Shown here piece after piece: positions 16,904 through 26,199 of a stretch of DNA of 64,000 nt. The notes under the pieces are model-generated. The model searched no databases, was not told the DNA's origin, and saw nothing but the letters and a program-made list of their open reading frames with translations. Source of the stretch: a virus (taxonomy: Duplodnaviria; Caudoviricetes); the IMG/VR virus record IMGVR_UViG_3300021959_007005. One strand, 5' to 3'. The translations under genes were made by a program, and so were the position numbers. How positions within the stretch are numbered: position 1 is the first letter of the stretch; each line of letters opens with the position of its first letter.

Positions 16904-17179
16904 ATGGAAGACATCATGCCAATTCAAGAACTCAAAGAACTTTTGAGTAATGAAATCGTAACTGTAACATTTACAAAACTTAATGGTGAAGAGCGTACTA
17001 TGCCCTGTACATTAATGGAAACTTATTTGCCTGAAGCAAAAAAAGAAGATCCATTAACACAGAAGAAAATTAGAACTCTTAATGAAAACGTACAAGTTGT
17101 ATGGGCTTTAGAGAGTAATGGCTTTCGTAGTTTTCGTTATGACCGTGTAACTAAAATTGAGGTTAAAAATGACTCGTAA
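16904..17179 (+). CDS. WYL_2-like (DUF2693) SH3-fold protein
   Basis: LLSNEIVTVTFTKLNGEERTMPCTL...VWALESNGFRSFRYDRV. Confidence 0.7.
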   Translation: MEDIMPIQELKELLSNEIVTVTFTKLNGEERTMPCTLMETYLPEAKKEDPLTQKKIRTLNENVQVVWALESNGFRSFRYDRVTKIEVKNDS

Positions 17180-17318
17180 TGAAATAATAGATGATGCCAT
17201 TGGTGTTATGTTGCTTGCTGTATTTGCTTTTGGGTGGATGGATACTCTTTGGATTTTTGGTGTGGAAAATAGTCAACAATACACTTGGTGGAATTTAATT
17301 CAGTATTTTGCCAATTAA
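17169..17318 (+). CDS. Putative 49-aa membrane protein
   Basis: Hand-translated MTRNEIIDDAIGVMLLAVFAFGWMDTLWIFGVENSQQYTWWNLIQYFAN; GAGG SD. Confidence 0.55.
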   Translation: MTRNEIIDDAIGVMLLAVFAFGWMDTLWIFGVENSQQYTWWNLIQYFAN

Positions 17319-17322
17319 TACA

Positions 17323-17351
17323 TTGACAAACTATTGTAATAGTAGTATAAC
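17323..17351 (+). promoter_or_regulatory. sigma70-type promoter
   Basis: TTGACA-17 bp-TATAAC; spacer holds an ACTATT-gt-AATAGT inverted repeat. Confidence 0.7.
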
Positions 17352-17387
17352 GTATGAATAAAGTTAAGTAGATCAGGAGATAATAAA

Positions 17388-17579
17388 ATGAGTGCTACAA
17401 AAAATTGGATGATGGCAGTAGAAGAAACTTTTTGGGACTGTGTTAACGATATTATGAAGCAATCTTCAACTTTAAATGAGGCTATTGAAAGATCAGTTTC
17501 ATTAGGTAAACCAATGGTTCCACATATTAGCGAATCTCAGATTGACGAAGCAGTTTCAGAAATGTATACACATGGATGA
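17388..17579 (+). CDS. Hypothetical protein
   Basis: 63 aa, AGGAG SD. Confidence 0.65.
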   Translation: MSATKNWMMAVEETFWDCVNDIMKQSSTLNEAIERSVSLGKPMVPHISESQIDEAVSEMYTHG

Positions 17580-17814
17580 GAACCAAATGTTAGAAACACT
17601 TAAACAGGAGTACCTAGGTATGAAGTTTGTAGTTGAATTTAAAAAGCATATGACAACTGGCATTTTGCAAGGTCTTACTTTCGATGAAAAGATGAACTTT
17701 GTAGACTGGAGCGATGCTTGTGATTGGGCAAGTAAAGTTACTGCCAGTGCAAAAGTACCGTTTAATATTCTTGAAATGCATAACCCTTTAACTGGTGAAA
17801 TGGAGACATTTTAA
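17572..17814 (+). CDS. Hypothetical protein
   Basis: Start reassigned to 17572 (MDENQMLETLKQEY...). Confidence 0.6.
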   Translation: MDENQMLETLKQEYLGMKFVVEFKKHMTTGILQGLTFDEKMNFVDWSDACDWASKVTASAKVPFNILEMHNPLTGEMETF

Positions 17815-17972
17815 TGAACGATCTATTAGAAGATATCGCAGTAATGGAAAGCGTACTTATTGCAATGGCAGAAGGTGCTAGTGATGAACGCCGAATGGCA
17901 CTTGGTTATATGGAAAACTTAGTTGCTAAAAAACAATTAATAGTAGAGGAATTTGAGAAACAAGCAGAATAA
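17814..17972 (+). CDS. Hypothetical 52-aa protein
   Basis: Hand-translated MNDLLEDIAVMESVLIAMAEGASDERRMALGYMENLVAKKQLIVEEFEKQAE; TAATG coupling, GGAG SD. Confidence 0.6.
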   Translation: MNDLLEDIAVMESVLIAMAEGASDERRMALGYMENLVAKKQLIVEEFEKQAE

Positions 17973-18003
17973 TTAATATTACAAAAAAGGAGCAGGTAAT
18001 ATT

Positions 18004-18213
18004 TTGAGTAATAAAGAGGTTGATTTTGAAGATGCAATGTCGGATGATGACTATGGTATTATTATTAGTAGAACTGGAGAGCTAAAAGGTCTATTTGTTC
18101 CAAAAATTATCAATAATAATGAAAACGTGCCAGATAGTATTGTTGCAATCATTACTGACATTTTTGGATTAGAACTTGATGGAAATGAAGAAAATAATAT
18201 AACAATACACTGA
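18004..18213 (+). CDS. Hypothetical protein
   Basis: TTG start with AGGAG upstream. Confidence 0.6.
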   Translation: MSNKEVDFEDAMSDDDYGIIISRTGELKGLFVPKIINNNENVPDSIVAIITDIFGLELDGNEENNITIH

Positions 18214-18222
18214 GGAGTTTAA

Positions 18223-18468
18223 ATGACAATACCTAATGCTTTTGAAGTAACTAATGATCGTCGGGAAGCAACAAAGCTCGCTGAGTTTATCGCGAACCTA
18301 ACTTATTCGACTGGAGAAGATTATAAACTAGCAAACACGTTGAGTGAAATTTCACGAAATTTACAATCATTTAATGAAATATTTGGATATAGATGGAATG
18401 ATTTTAGTCAGGAACATCAACGTATTATAGTTCAATGCAAAAAATTAATGGAAAAAGAAGTGAAATAA
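18223..18468 (+). CDS. Hypothetical protein
   Basis: 81 aa, GAGGAG SD. Confidence 0.65.
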   Translation: MTIPNAFEVTNDRREATKLAEFIANLTYSTGEDYKLANTLSEISRNLQSFNEIFGYRWNDFSQEHQRIIVQCKKLMEKEVK

Positions 18469-18469
18469 A

Positions 18470-18646
18470 ATGGGAAGATTTAGTGTAACTGATGAAGATC
18501 AGAAATTAATTGACGAGTATTTAAAAAAAGGTGGCGAGGTAACAATTTGTAAGAAATTTGCTCGTACAGAAGAAGAAGACATTCGTTATCTATGGAAAAA
18601 GAAAGCATTCAATCCTCCAAAAAAAGTTGACACTGATGACAAATAG
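18470..18646 (+). CDS. Hypothetical 58-aa protein
   Basis: Hand-translated MGRFSVTDEDQKLIDEYLKKGGEVTICKKFART...; I.EYLxKGG.V pattern common in small phage proteins. Confidence 0.6.
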   Translation: MGRFSVTDEDQKLIDEYLKKGGEVTICKKFARTEEEDIRYLWKKKAFNPPKKVDTDDK

Positions 18647-18685
18647 TGTTAGATATATTATGAATTAGAAATAAAGGATGAAGAA

Positions 18686-19270
18686 ATGAAATTTAGAAAA
18701 GATATAATTTTAACTGATGTAGATGGTGTCTTACTTGATTGGGAAAGTAAATTTACTCAATGGATGGAAACCAAAGGGTTTCGACCAGAACCTGAGCAAT
18801 ATAGTTATGAAATGAACCTTCGTTTTGGTTTAAAAAAACCACACGTTAAAGAGCTAATACGTCAGTTCAATGAAAGTGCCTGGATTGGATTCTTACAACC
18901 ATTACGTGATTCAGTAGAAGGGGTTCGTATATTACACCAAGAAAAAAAATGGAGGTTCGGCGCTATTACAAGTTTATCCGAAGATCCATTTGCTACACAG
19001 TTACGTAAAAATAATTTAGAACTAATTTTCGGAGAAGACACGTTTGACTTTGTAAAATGTATCGATACTGGTGCAGATAAAGACAATGAGCTTTTGCCAT
19101 ATAAAGACAGTGGTCTTTATTGGCTAGAAGATAAGCCTGAGAATGCACTACTAGGTGCAGACCTAGGATTAAACACAATTCTAATGCGGCATAAACATAA
19201 CGCAAATTTTTATGATGAACGTATCAAAGTTGTGGACAATTGGACTCAAATTGTTAATACTATAACTTAG
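18686..19270 (+). CDS. HAD-superfamily phosphatase (5'(3')-deoxyribonucleotidase-like)
   Basis: ILTDVDGVLLDWE (DxD), AITS (motif II), WLEDKPEN (motif IV); TTGACA at 18627. Confidence 0.85.
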   Translation: MKFRKDIILTDVDGVLLDWESKFTQWMETKGFRPEPEQYSYEMNLRFGLKKPHVKELIRQFNESAWIGFLQPLRDSVEGVRILHQEKKWRFGAITSLSEDPFATQLRKNNLELIFGEDTFDFVKCIDTGADKDNELLPYKDSGLYWLEDKPENALLGADLGLNTILMRHKHNANFYDERIKVVDNWTQIVNTIT

Positions 19271-19989
19271 TTATTTTCACCGTAAATATTCAGTATGTCT
19301 ATCACAGCGGGATGTCTTTCGACATCCCGTTTTGTAAAATGCACATGTCCTATAGACGCAGGAGAATGTGATCTATATCTTTCTAAAAAGTCTTTTAAAC
19401 CATTATTTGTAAATCCTCTATCATGTTGAGCAAGGTCACCTGTCACAACAACCTTTGATCCAACACCGATACGAGTTAATAACATTTTAGTTTGTTCTTG
19501 AGTTGCGTTTTGCATTTCGTCTGCAACAATCCAAGATTTTTTAAATGTTCGTCCTCGCATATATGCTAATGGGGAAATTTCAATGTCTTTGTTTTCTAAC
19601 ATTGCTGCTATCTGTTTGATAGTATAAAATTCCTCAAGGAAATCAAATATTGGTCGTGTCCAAGGCGCCATCTTGGCGTTTAAATCACCGGGTAAGAATC
19701 CATGTTGTTCGTCAACACTTACAGCGGGCCGTGTAACAACGATTTTGTCTACACTTCCTGCCTCCATTTGTTTAATTCCCATTTGGACAGCCATCATGGT
19801 TTTGCCTGTACCCGCAGGTCCAGTTGCAAAGCATATATGTTTATGGGTGTCTTCTAGGATATCAAGATATTCTTCTTGATTTAAATTACGAGGTAGGATT
19901 TGTAGTTTGGTTTTTTTAGAACGCTCTAGTTCTGATACCATATCGTTAAACGATCCTTTTTGTTTTGTTTGTCTTGCTCTTTTAGCCAT
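19267..19989 (-). CDS. phoH: PhoH-family ATPase
   Basis: GPAGTGKT, TRPAV, GFLPGDL..KM.PW, PLAYMRGRTF, ADEMQN, TGDLAQHD, DVERHP. Confidence 0.95.
   Translation of the reverse strand: MAKRARQTKQKGSFNDMVSELERSKKTKLQILPRNLNQEEYLDILEDTHKHICFATGPAGTGKTMMAVQMGIKQMEAGSVDKIVVTRPAVSVDEQHGFLPGDLNAKMAPWTRPIFDFLEEFYTIKQIAAMLENKDIEISPLAYMRGRTFKKSWIVADEMQNATQEQTKMLLTRIGVGSKVVVTGDLAQHDRGFTNNGLKDFLERYRSHSPASIGHVHFTKRDVERHPAVIDILNIYGENN
19308..19333 (+). terminator. Intrinsic terminator for the plus-strand early operon, embedded antisense in phoH
   Basis: CGGGATGTC-tttc-GACATCCCG-TTTT. Confidence 0.7.
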
Positions 19990-20090
19990 TTGTAGAACTC
20001 CATTGTTGAGTTAGTCTTTGCCGAGTCCAATGTGTCCACACTATTACTTATTACCAAACTGCTAAATAACTGTATAAAAGAGATGTAAAA

Positions 20091-20636
20091 ATGCGTGAAA
20101 TTGAAGAATTAAAACAAACATTAGACCAACTAGTCGATTCTAGTAGCGATTTAAATATCCTATTAGAGTTTGAAGAAGTATTGGATAATCTAAACATATA
20201 TGCATATAAGAATTGGGAGTATGGAGAAGTACTTGCTGGTCCTGATATTAGTAAGTATTGGATTACTTGTTCATTGATGTGGCCTCGAAATCTTATGCCA
20301 GATCCAGATGGTGCATTACGATTAACTAAACACGGTGCAAGAGTATCTTTTAAGAAAGACACTCTTATTGAACCAATTAAGATTGTAACACAAGACGATT
20401 TAGAGATTGCGCCTGGCACAGACGGAAAAAGCAGAGCAAAAAAGAAAAACACTCCAATTTGGATAGTAAATGTTGAAATGCCACGACAGTTTGTTGATGA
20501 ATTTGAAAGCAGTAAGATTACTATTAACGGAACAGACATTGATTTAAGTGAAGTTGATGGAGCATATGATAGTGATCAAAATCTTGATTTAACACCAGAA
20601 AAATCAGATGTATTAGACAATATTGGAGAACAATAA
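20091..20636 (+). CDS. Conserved hypothetical phage protein (late)
   Basis: CTAAATAA box upstream; LLEFEEVLD...KNWEYGEVLAGP...MWPRNLMPDPDG pattern. Confidence 0.7.
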   Translation: MREIEELKQTLDQLVDSSSDLNILLEFEEVLDNLNIYAYKNWEYGEVLAGPDISKYWITCSLMWPRNLMPDPDGALRLTKHGARVSFKKDTLIEPIKIVTQDDLEIAPGTDGKSRAKKKNTPIWIVNVEMPRQFVDEFESSKITINGTDIDLSEVDGAYDSDQNLDLTPEKSDVLDNIGEQ

Positions 20637-21109
20637 TGAGTGTAAAATTTAATGAAATGGCAAACCTAGTTAATCCAACAATTAGTATTGATCAATATAA
20701 GCCTAAAATTGGCGAAGCTAGTGAAACAGTTGTAGTAGCATTTGAAGTTGACTCAGAACAACCAGCAAGTGATTTAGCAAATTTATTAGAAACTGATGTT
20801 GTTGAAATGTTAGATGTGGATGTTTCCCAAGGTCCAAATAAGGATGGCAAGCATCTTGTATTTGTTGAATTTGCTAGAGATAATAGATTACACAGTAATA
20901 TCTTAGATATTATGCATGCTGTATCGAGTGCAACTGGTATATCAGAATGGCAGTTTGATGGATACAAATCTGAAGCATCTTCACAATTAGATGAAGACAA
21001 TCTGTCTTCTTTGGTACTTGACAATCCGCAAGATTATGTGTTAAAGTATGCGGACAAGATGGAAGAATCTTCAGAATTATTAAGGCTAAAAACCTTATCT
21101 GGAATTTAA
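20636..21109 (+). CDS. Conserved hypothetical phage protein
   Basis: TAATG coupling; ends ELLRLKTLSGI. Confidence 0.7.
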   Translation: MSVKFNEMANLVNPTISIDQYKPKIGEASETVVVAFEVDSEQPASDLANLLETDVVEMLDVDVSQGPNKDGKHLVFVEFARDNRLHSNILDIMHAVSSATGISEWQFDGYKSEASSQLDEDNLSSLVLDNPQDYVLKYADKMEESSELLRLKTLSGI

Positions 21110-21125
21110 AAATCGAGGTATAATA

Positions 21126-21587
21126 ATGGGAGCAAAATTAGCAGGTGTTATGTTTATAATACTGATTGCCGCAAGTGGTGTCGGTTACTGGTACTATAAT
21201 GACACCCAGCAACGTATTGCAATCTTAAATGAAAATAATGCTAAACTAAACGTAGCAATAAATTTAAATGAAGAAACTATAACTTCTTTGGAATCAGATT
21301 ACAGAAGAGTTAATGAAGAACTAACAACTATTAATCAACAATTTGCTAATGTTCGGAAACAAAATAATAGATTAAATGAAAAACTTGCAACGATTGATCT
21401 TGGACTAGCGGCAGTTAATAATCCCGATGGGATTGGCAGAGCAGTCAATAGAGGTACAGAAAATGCAGGAAGATGTTTCGAATTATTAAGTGGTGCTGAT
21501 TTAAATGAAAAGGAAAAGGGAGCCACCAATGGCATACAATTTAACAAAGAGTGTCCTTGGCTTTGGCCTGGTAATGACACTCCTTAG
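21126..21587 (+). CDS. Inner-membrane spanin (Rz-like)
   Basis: N-terminal TM, long coiled coil, two C-terminal Cys; overlaps a downstream lipoprotein gene. Confidence 0.75.
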   Translation: MGAKLAGVMFIILIAASGVGYWYYNDTQQRIAILNENNAKLNVAINLNEETITSLESDYRRVNEELTTINQQFANVRKQNNRLNEKLATIDLGLAAVNNPDGIGRAVNRGTENAGRCFELLSGADLNEKEKGATNGIQFNKECPWLWPGNDTP

Positions 21588-21918
21588 TGGGTGCAGTAGT
21601 TTACCAAGCACCTTAAATGTATCAACAAAACCAGTTACAAAGCCAATATTGGTATTGCCTGATGTTGACGAAGTATCAATGCGCCGCATTGAATGGATTG
21701 TTATTAATGAAGAAAATGTAGATGATGAGTTAGCTAAACTTAAAGAAAAAAACATTCCAACTGGTTTGTATGCATTAACTGGTCAAGGTTATGAAAATTT
21801 AGGTCTGAACTTTAGTGACATACGTGCTCTAGTACAACAACAGCAAGCAATTATTGTAGCATATAAAAATTATTATATTGAAGCAGAAGAAACTCTAGAC
21901 AACTCAGTAGCAAAGTAA
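21529..21918 (+). CDS. Outer-membrane spanin lipoprotein (Rz1-like)
   Basis: Probable start MAYNLTKSVLGFGLVMTLLSGC (lipobox LSGC); Pro-rich N-region; overlaps the i-spanin 3' end. Confidence 0.75.
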   Translation: MAYNLTKSVLGFGLVMTLLSGCSSLPSTLNVSTKPVTKPILVLPDVDEVSMRRIEWIVINEENVDDELAKLKEKNIPTGLYALTGQGYENLGLNFSDIRALVQQQQAIIVAYKNYYIEAEETLDNSVAK

Positions 21919-22769
21919 TGTCAACAAAACCATATAAAAATTCAGATCCATATGATCTATTAGGTGTTGACAAAACTGCTACTGATAGTGATATTAAAAG
22001 TGCGTATAGAAAATTAGCAAAAAAATGGCATCCTGATACTCCTAATGGAGATGCTAAAAAGTTTAATGAAGTAAATACTGCATATGAATCAATTAAAGAT
22101 GTCGATGCTAGGTTCCAACAAGAACAACAACAGCATACATCTAACCCACATAACTGGCAACATAAAGCAGAGTCTAATCCATTCAATAATCACAACACTC
22201 CTCCTGGATTTGATAGTATGTTTGATAGTATGTTTGGAAGACAGCAAAAATACCACCAACGTAATCAGGATGTAGAAATAACTGCACATGTAACATTAGA
22301 AGAAGTATTAAACGAATCTCAAAAAAACTTAAATATAAATCTTATGAATGGTAATTTTAGAACTGTTACTATACACATTCCACGTGGTGTACATGAAGGA
22401 TCTAAGATAAGATACAATAGTATGGGTGATGATTCCGTTCCTGGACCACCTGGTAATTTAATCGTAACTTATCGATTAAAAAAACATAATAGGTTTTGGA
22501 CAGATGGTTACAATTTAAATGAAAAAATTAATATAAGTTTAAAAACTGCATTATTTGGTGGTGACATCCCTATTAGCGGAATAGACGGAAGTCAATTTAA
22601 ATTAAATATAAAGGCGGGTACTAGCCCAAATACAAAACTTAGAATACCACAACATGGGTTACCACAACCCAATCAACCAAATGGTGATTTAATATTACAT
22701 ATTGATGTTTCTATACCACCATTAACAGTCGACAATTTAAATACCCCAATTGGGGAATTATTAGAATAA
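21918..22769 (+). CDS. DnaJ-class co-chaperone (class B/CbpA-like, no Zn finger)
   Basis: J domain PYDLLGV...IKSAYRKLAKKWHPD; DnaJ C-terminal domain (IPRGV..G.KIR...G, GDLILHI). Confidence 0.9.
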   Translation: MSTKPYKNSDPYDLLGVDKTATDSDIKSAYRKLAKKWHPDTPNGDAKKFNEVNTAYESIKDVDARFQQEQQQHTSNPHNWQHKAESNPFNNHNTPPGFDSMFDSMFGRQQKYHQRNQDVEITAHVTLEEVLNESQKNLNINLMNGNFRTVTIHIPRGVHEGSKIRYNSMGDDSVPGPPGNLIVTYRLKKHNRFWTDGYNLNEKINISLKTALFGGDIPISGIDGSQFKLNIKAGTSPNTKLRIPQHGLPQPNQPNGDLILHIDVSIPPLTVDNLNTPIGELLE

Positions 22770-22788
22770 AGTAATAGGAGTAAGTTTA

Positions 22789-25032
22789 TTGTCTAATGAA
22801 GATAAGATTGAAAAAATCGTAAACAAGACATTTATGTTGAGTAAAGATTACCGTCACCACTATGTAACTATTGAGCATTTACTAGCTATTATTCTTGATT
22901 TAGATGAAGTGAAGGATATTGTTTCTGATTTTAGTGTAGATCCATCTGATATAAGCAGAGAAGTATACGATCATTTAGCAGATTCAGTTGATAGTTATCC
23001 AGATGCTACAGAACAAGAACCCAAAAAGACTGTCATGTTGGAGCGAGTATTCCATAGAGCATTTACGCAAGCATTGTTCAATGGCCGTAATAACTTAGAC
23101 CCCAGAGATTTACTGATTAGTATTTTATCAGAGCAACAAACGCCAAGTGCTTTTATTTTACAAAAATACGGTATTGACAGAGATGCAGTTAGTAACTATC
23201 TTCAGGATATTAATCGTATTCGAGAGCAAAATATTAATCAAGATTCATCACCAACAATTACAAAAGCTGACAAGATATTACGTAAATTTTGTGAAAATTT
23301 AAATGAATCAGCAGCTAGTGGTAAAATAGATGCTATTGTTGGTAGAGAAGAAGAATTAGCCGAAACAGTACAGACCCTTGCTCGTCGTAAAAAGAATAAT
23401 GTTGTACTTGTTGGTGATAGTGGTGTTGGCAAAACTGCCATTGCCGAAGGACTTGCTTATTTAATCAATGAAGGAAGTGTTCCTGATCTAATACAAGGAC
23501 ATATTGTTTATAGTTTAGATTTAAGTGCTTTATTAGCTGGTACTAAATTTAGAGGAGACTTTGAAGACCGACTTAAAGAAGTACTAGATGTATTAGAAAA
23601 AAGAGACGATGCTATTTTGTTTATTGATGAAATACATATGATTATGGGAGCAGGCAATAGTGGATCCGGTGCAATGGATGTTGCTAATATGTTAAAGCCA
23701 GCACTACAAAAAGGAAAGTTGCGTTGTCTTGGTAGTACAACCTATGATGAATACCGCCAACATTTTGAAAAAGATAAGGCACTTGTACGTAGATTTCACA
23801 AAGTAGACGTACCTGAGCCAAGTGTGGCAGATGCAAAGCGTATAATTAATAACAGCATATATCCATATGAAGCACACCACGAGATTGCATTTACTAAGAA
23901 CGCACTTGATGGTGCAGTAGACTTAACTGCACAATATTGGCATAATAAATTTCTTCCAGATAAAGCATTTGATGTAATTGATAGTGCGGCGGCTCGTCAA
24001 CGGTTACTTCCCAAAGACGATCGTAAGAGTATTATTGACTTAGATGAAATTAGATTTGAGGTTGCTAAACTAACAAGGATACCAATTGACCAATTAGTAT
24101 TAACCAAAGATAGTGAGTACAAAAAAGAAAAGCCTGTAGATATTGAAAAGCAATTAAATCTTAAAGTGTTTGGCCAATCAGAAGCTATCACTAAGTTAGC
24201 TGATAGTATTTACATTGCGAAAGCAGGTCTTAAAGCAGAAGATAAACCAATTGGTAGTTACTTGTTTAGTGGACCAACGGGTGTTGGTAAAACAGAAACA
24301 GCAAAGCAGCTCAGTAATACCATGGGAATGGAATTATTACGTTTTGATATGAGTGAATATCAAGAAAGACATACAGTATCAAAACTTATCGGCAGTCCTC
24401 CAGGCTACGTTGGATTTAGTGAAGGCGGTTCAGGTAGTGGTCTGTTAATTAATAAACTAGAAGAAAATCCAAATAGTATTTTACTATTAGATGAGATTGA
24501 AAAGGCTCATCCAGACGTTAGTAACGTATTGTTACAACTAATGGATAATGGAATGGTTACATCAAGTGACGGCAAAACAGTCAGTGCTAGAAATTGTATT
24601 ATTATACTTACAAGTAATTTAGGTGCTGCTGATAGCGAAAAGAACTTAATTGGCTTTGGTGCTGGAAAAAATGAGTCAGCAGCAGGTGAGGCAGTTAAAA
24701 GTTTCTTTAGTCCAGAGTTTAGAAATAGACTTGATGCAATTGTGCAATTTAAAAAATTAGACAGAACATTGATGAAAAATGTTACAGTTAAGTTTATTAC
24801 TGAACTAGAAGCAATGTTAACTCCACGGGAGATTGTACTATTATATGATGATAAAGTAATTGAATGGCTAACTGACAATGGATTCAGTGAAACAATGGGC
24901 GCAAGGCCGATGGCACGTGTCATTAATCAACAAATCAAAAAACCGCTTGCTAAAGAATTATTATTTGGTAGTGACATTAAAACAGTAACACTGGAAATAT
25001 TAGATGGCAGTATTAACATTACAACAAATTAA
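22789..25032 (+). CDS. clpA: ClpA-type Hsp100 AAA+ chaperone
   Basis: Clp N-domain; NBD1 GDSGVGKT/LFIDEIH; NBD2 GPTGVGKT/LLLDEIEKAH; IGF ClpP-docking loop; no ClpB middle domain. Confidence 0.93.
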   Translation: MSNEDKIEKIVNKTFMLSKDYRHHYVTIEHLLAIILDLDEVKDIVSDFSVDPSDISREVYDHLADSVDSYPDATEQEPKKTVMLERVFHRAFTQALFNGRNNLDPRDLLISILSEQQTPSAFILQKYGIDRDAVSNYLQDINRIREQNINQDSSPTITKADKILRKFCENLNESAASGKIDAIVGREEELAETVQTLARRKKNNVVLVGDSGVGKTAIAEGLAYLINEGSVPDLIQGHIVYSLDLSALLAGTKFRGDFEDRLKEVLDVLEKRDDAILFIDEIHMIMGAGNSGSGAMDVANMLKPALQKGKLRCLGSTTYDEYRQHFEKDKALVRRFHKVDVPEPSVADAKRIINNSIYPYEAHHEIAFTKNALDGAVDLTAQYWHNKFLPDKAFDVIDSAAARQRLLPKDDRKSIIDLDEIRFEVAKLTRIPIDQLVLTKDSEYKKEKPVDIEKQLNLKVFGQSEAITKLADSIYIAKAGLKAEDKPIGSYLFSGPTGVGKTETAKQLSNTMGMELLRFDMSEYQERHTVSKLIGSPPGYVGFSEGGSGSGLLINKLEENPNSILLLDEIEKAHPDVSNVLLQLMDNGMVTSSDGKTVSARNCIIILTSNLGAADSEKNLIGFGAGKNESAAGEAVKSFFSPEFRNRLDAIVQFKKLDRTLMKNVTVKFITELEAMLTPREIVLLYDDKVIEWLTDNGFSETMGARPMARVINQQIKKPLAKELLFGSDIKTVTLEILDGSINITTN

Positions 25033-25681
25033 AAATTTACCAGAATTTACCTATGCTACTGGAATATATTATAAAAAGTTTCCTTGGCGTATTCAGTTTT
25101 GGCAACCAGAGTTCTTTAGACGTGGATTTTATAAAGATCTAGAGCATGAGAATGCATGGAGAACTTGTATGATACGTAATATGGACATCAACTCACTTTT
25201 AAAAAATCAATTAGGATATGAACGTTGGAAGGTTAGGCGAGACAGAAAGTTTTTTGTATATCTGACTGAACATAATTTAATATCTAAATTAGTAGATCGT
25301 TGGGGTGAAGATATATTGCAAATACAAGGGCCTATTAACCAAAAACATCAAGAGCTTATGATTGATAATTTAGACTTGGTAACAAAAAAAGAACTTTGGT
25401 ATAATAAATTTAGATATAAGGTTAGCTTTACTAGACATGGTAGACAACCACTCGACATACTGTCTGAAATTTTTGAGTTTGTTGATGAAACATTTGACGC
25501 AAATAATTATCAGATGAATCATATTATGAAGCGGTCTATTAGGCACAAGACAATGCACGATCCTTATACTAACACTGGTACTATATTTTTAAAAGAATAT
25601 GATGATGTTGCCACATTGCATCTGATGTTTAAGAAACACATAACATCAACCAAAAAATGTGTTCTAATAAATGAACTGTAA
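25004..25681 (+). CDS. Hypothetical protein
   Basis: 225-aa ORF overlapping the clpA end. Confidence 0.65.
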   Translation: MAVLTLQQIKNLPEFTYATGIYYKKFPWRIQFWQPEFFRRGFYKDLEHENAWRTCMIRNMDINSLLKNQLGYERWKVRRDRKFFVYLTEHNLISKLVDRWGEDILQIQGPINQKHQELMIDNLDLVTKKELWYNKFRYKVSFTRHGRQPLDILSEIFEFVDETFDANNYQMNHIMKRSIRHKTMHDPYTNTGTIFLKEYDDVATLHLMFKKHITSTKKCVLINEL

Positions 25682-25712
25682 TAAATACATGTAACTAATA
25701 GGATATTGTGCT

Positions 25713-25883
25713 ATGGCAAAGATGAATGAAGATATGGTCGTTATTAAAGTAAGCGAACTAATTCGAGACGATCAATCAGCATCAGAGATACTTAACGGAG
25801 AAATAATCTCCACTATAGAAGAAGCAGTACAAGCTCTAGTCGGCGCTGGTAAATTAGTGGAGATTATTAAAGATGAAAGCTAA
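25713..25883 (+). CDS. Hypothetical 56-aa late protein
   Basis: Hand-translated MAKMNEDMVVIKVSELIRDDQSASEILNGEIISTIEEAVQALVGAGKLVEIIKDES; ATAAATAC at 25681, AGGA SD. Confidence 0.65.
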   Translation: MAKMNEDMVVIKVSELIRDDQSASEILNGEIISTIEEAVQALVGAGKLVEIIKDES

Positions 25884-26199
25884 AGAATTTACAATTAACG
25901 TACCAATTAATATTAAGATTAATGGTGACGGCGATCCTGAAATTGATATGGGACAAAATGATGATGGTTATGAAAAGTCTGATGGACTTGACCCAGATCC
26001 ATTAATGGTTCCACCATTACAGCAAAACTTAGAACTTAAAAAAGCTGCATTAGGTAAAGATAGTGAAGCAATTGATAAAATTACATCTGATGATATCCCA
26101 TCAGATGAACAAGAACAAATTGATAATGACAGTATGGATAATTTTCGCAAGGCGTTGGGTTTAGTACAGGATGGTGGCAACGGCGCAGAGGTGGAATAA
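25873..26199 (+). CDS. Hypothetical acidic virion-type protein
   Basis: MKAKEF start; MVPPLQQNLELKK motif. Confidence 0.65.
   Translation: MKAKEFTINVPINIKINGDGDPEIDMGQNDDGYEKSDGLDPDPLMVPPLQQNLELKKAALGKDSEAIDKITSDDIPSDEQEQIDNDSMDNFRKALGLVQDGGNGAEVE

Noticed and set aside
22789-25032. ClpB disaggregase
   Set aside because: It lacks the long coiled-coil middle domain and has the IGF ClpP-docking loop.
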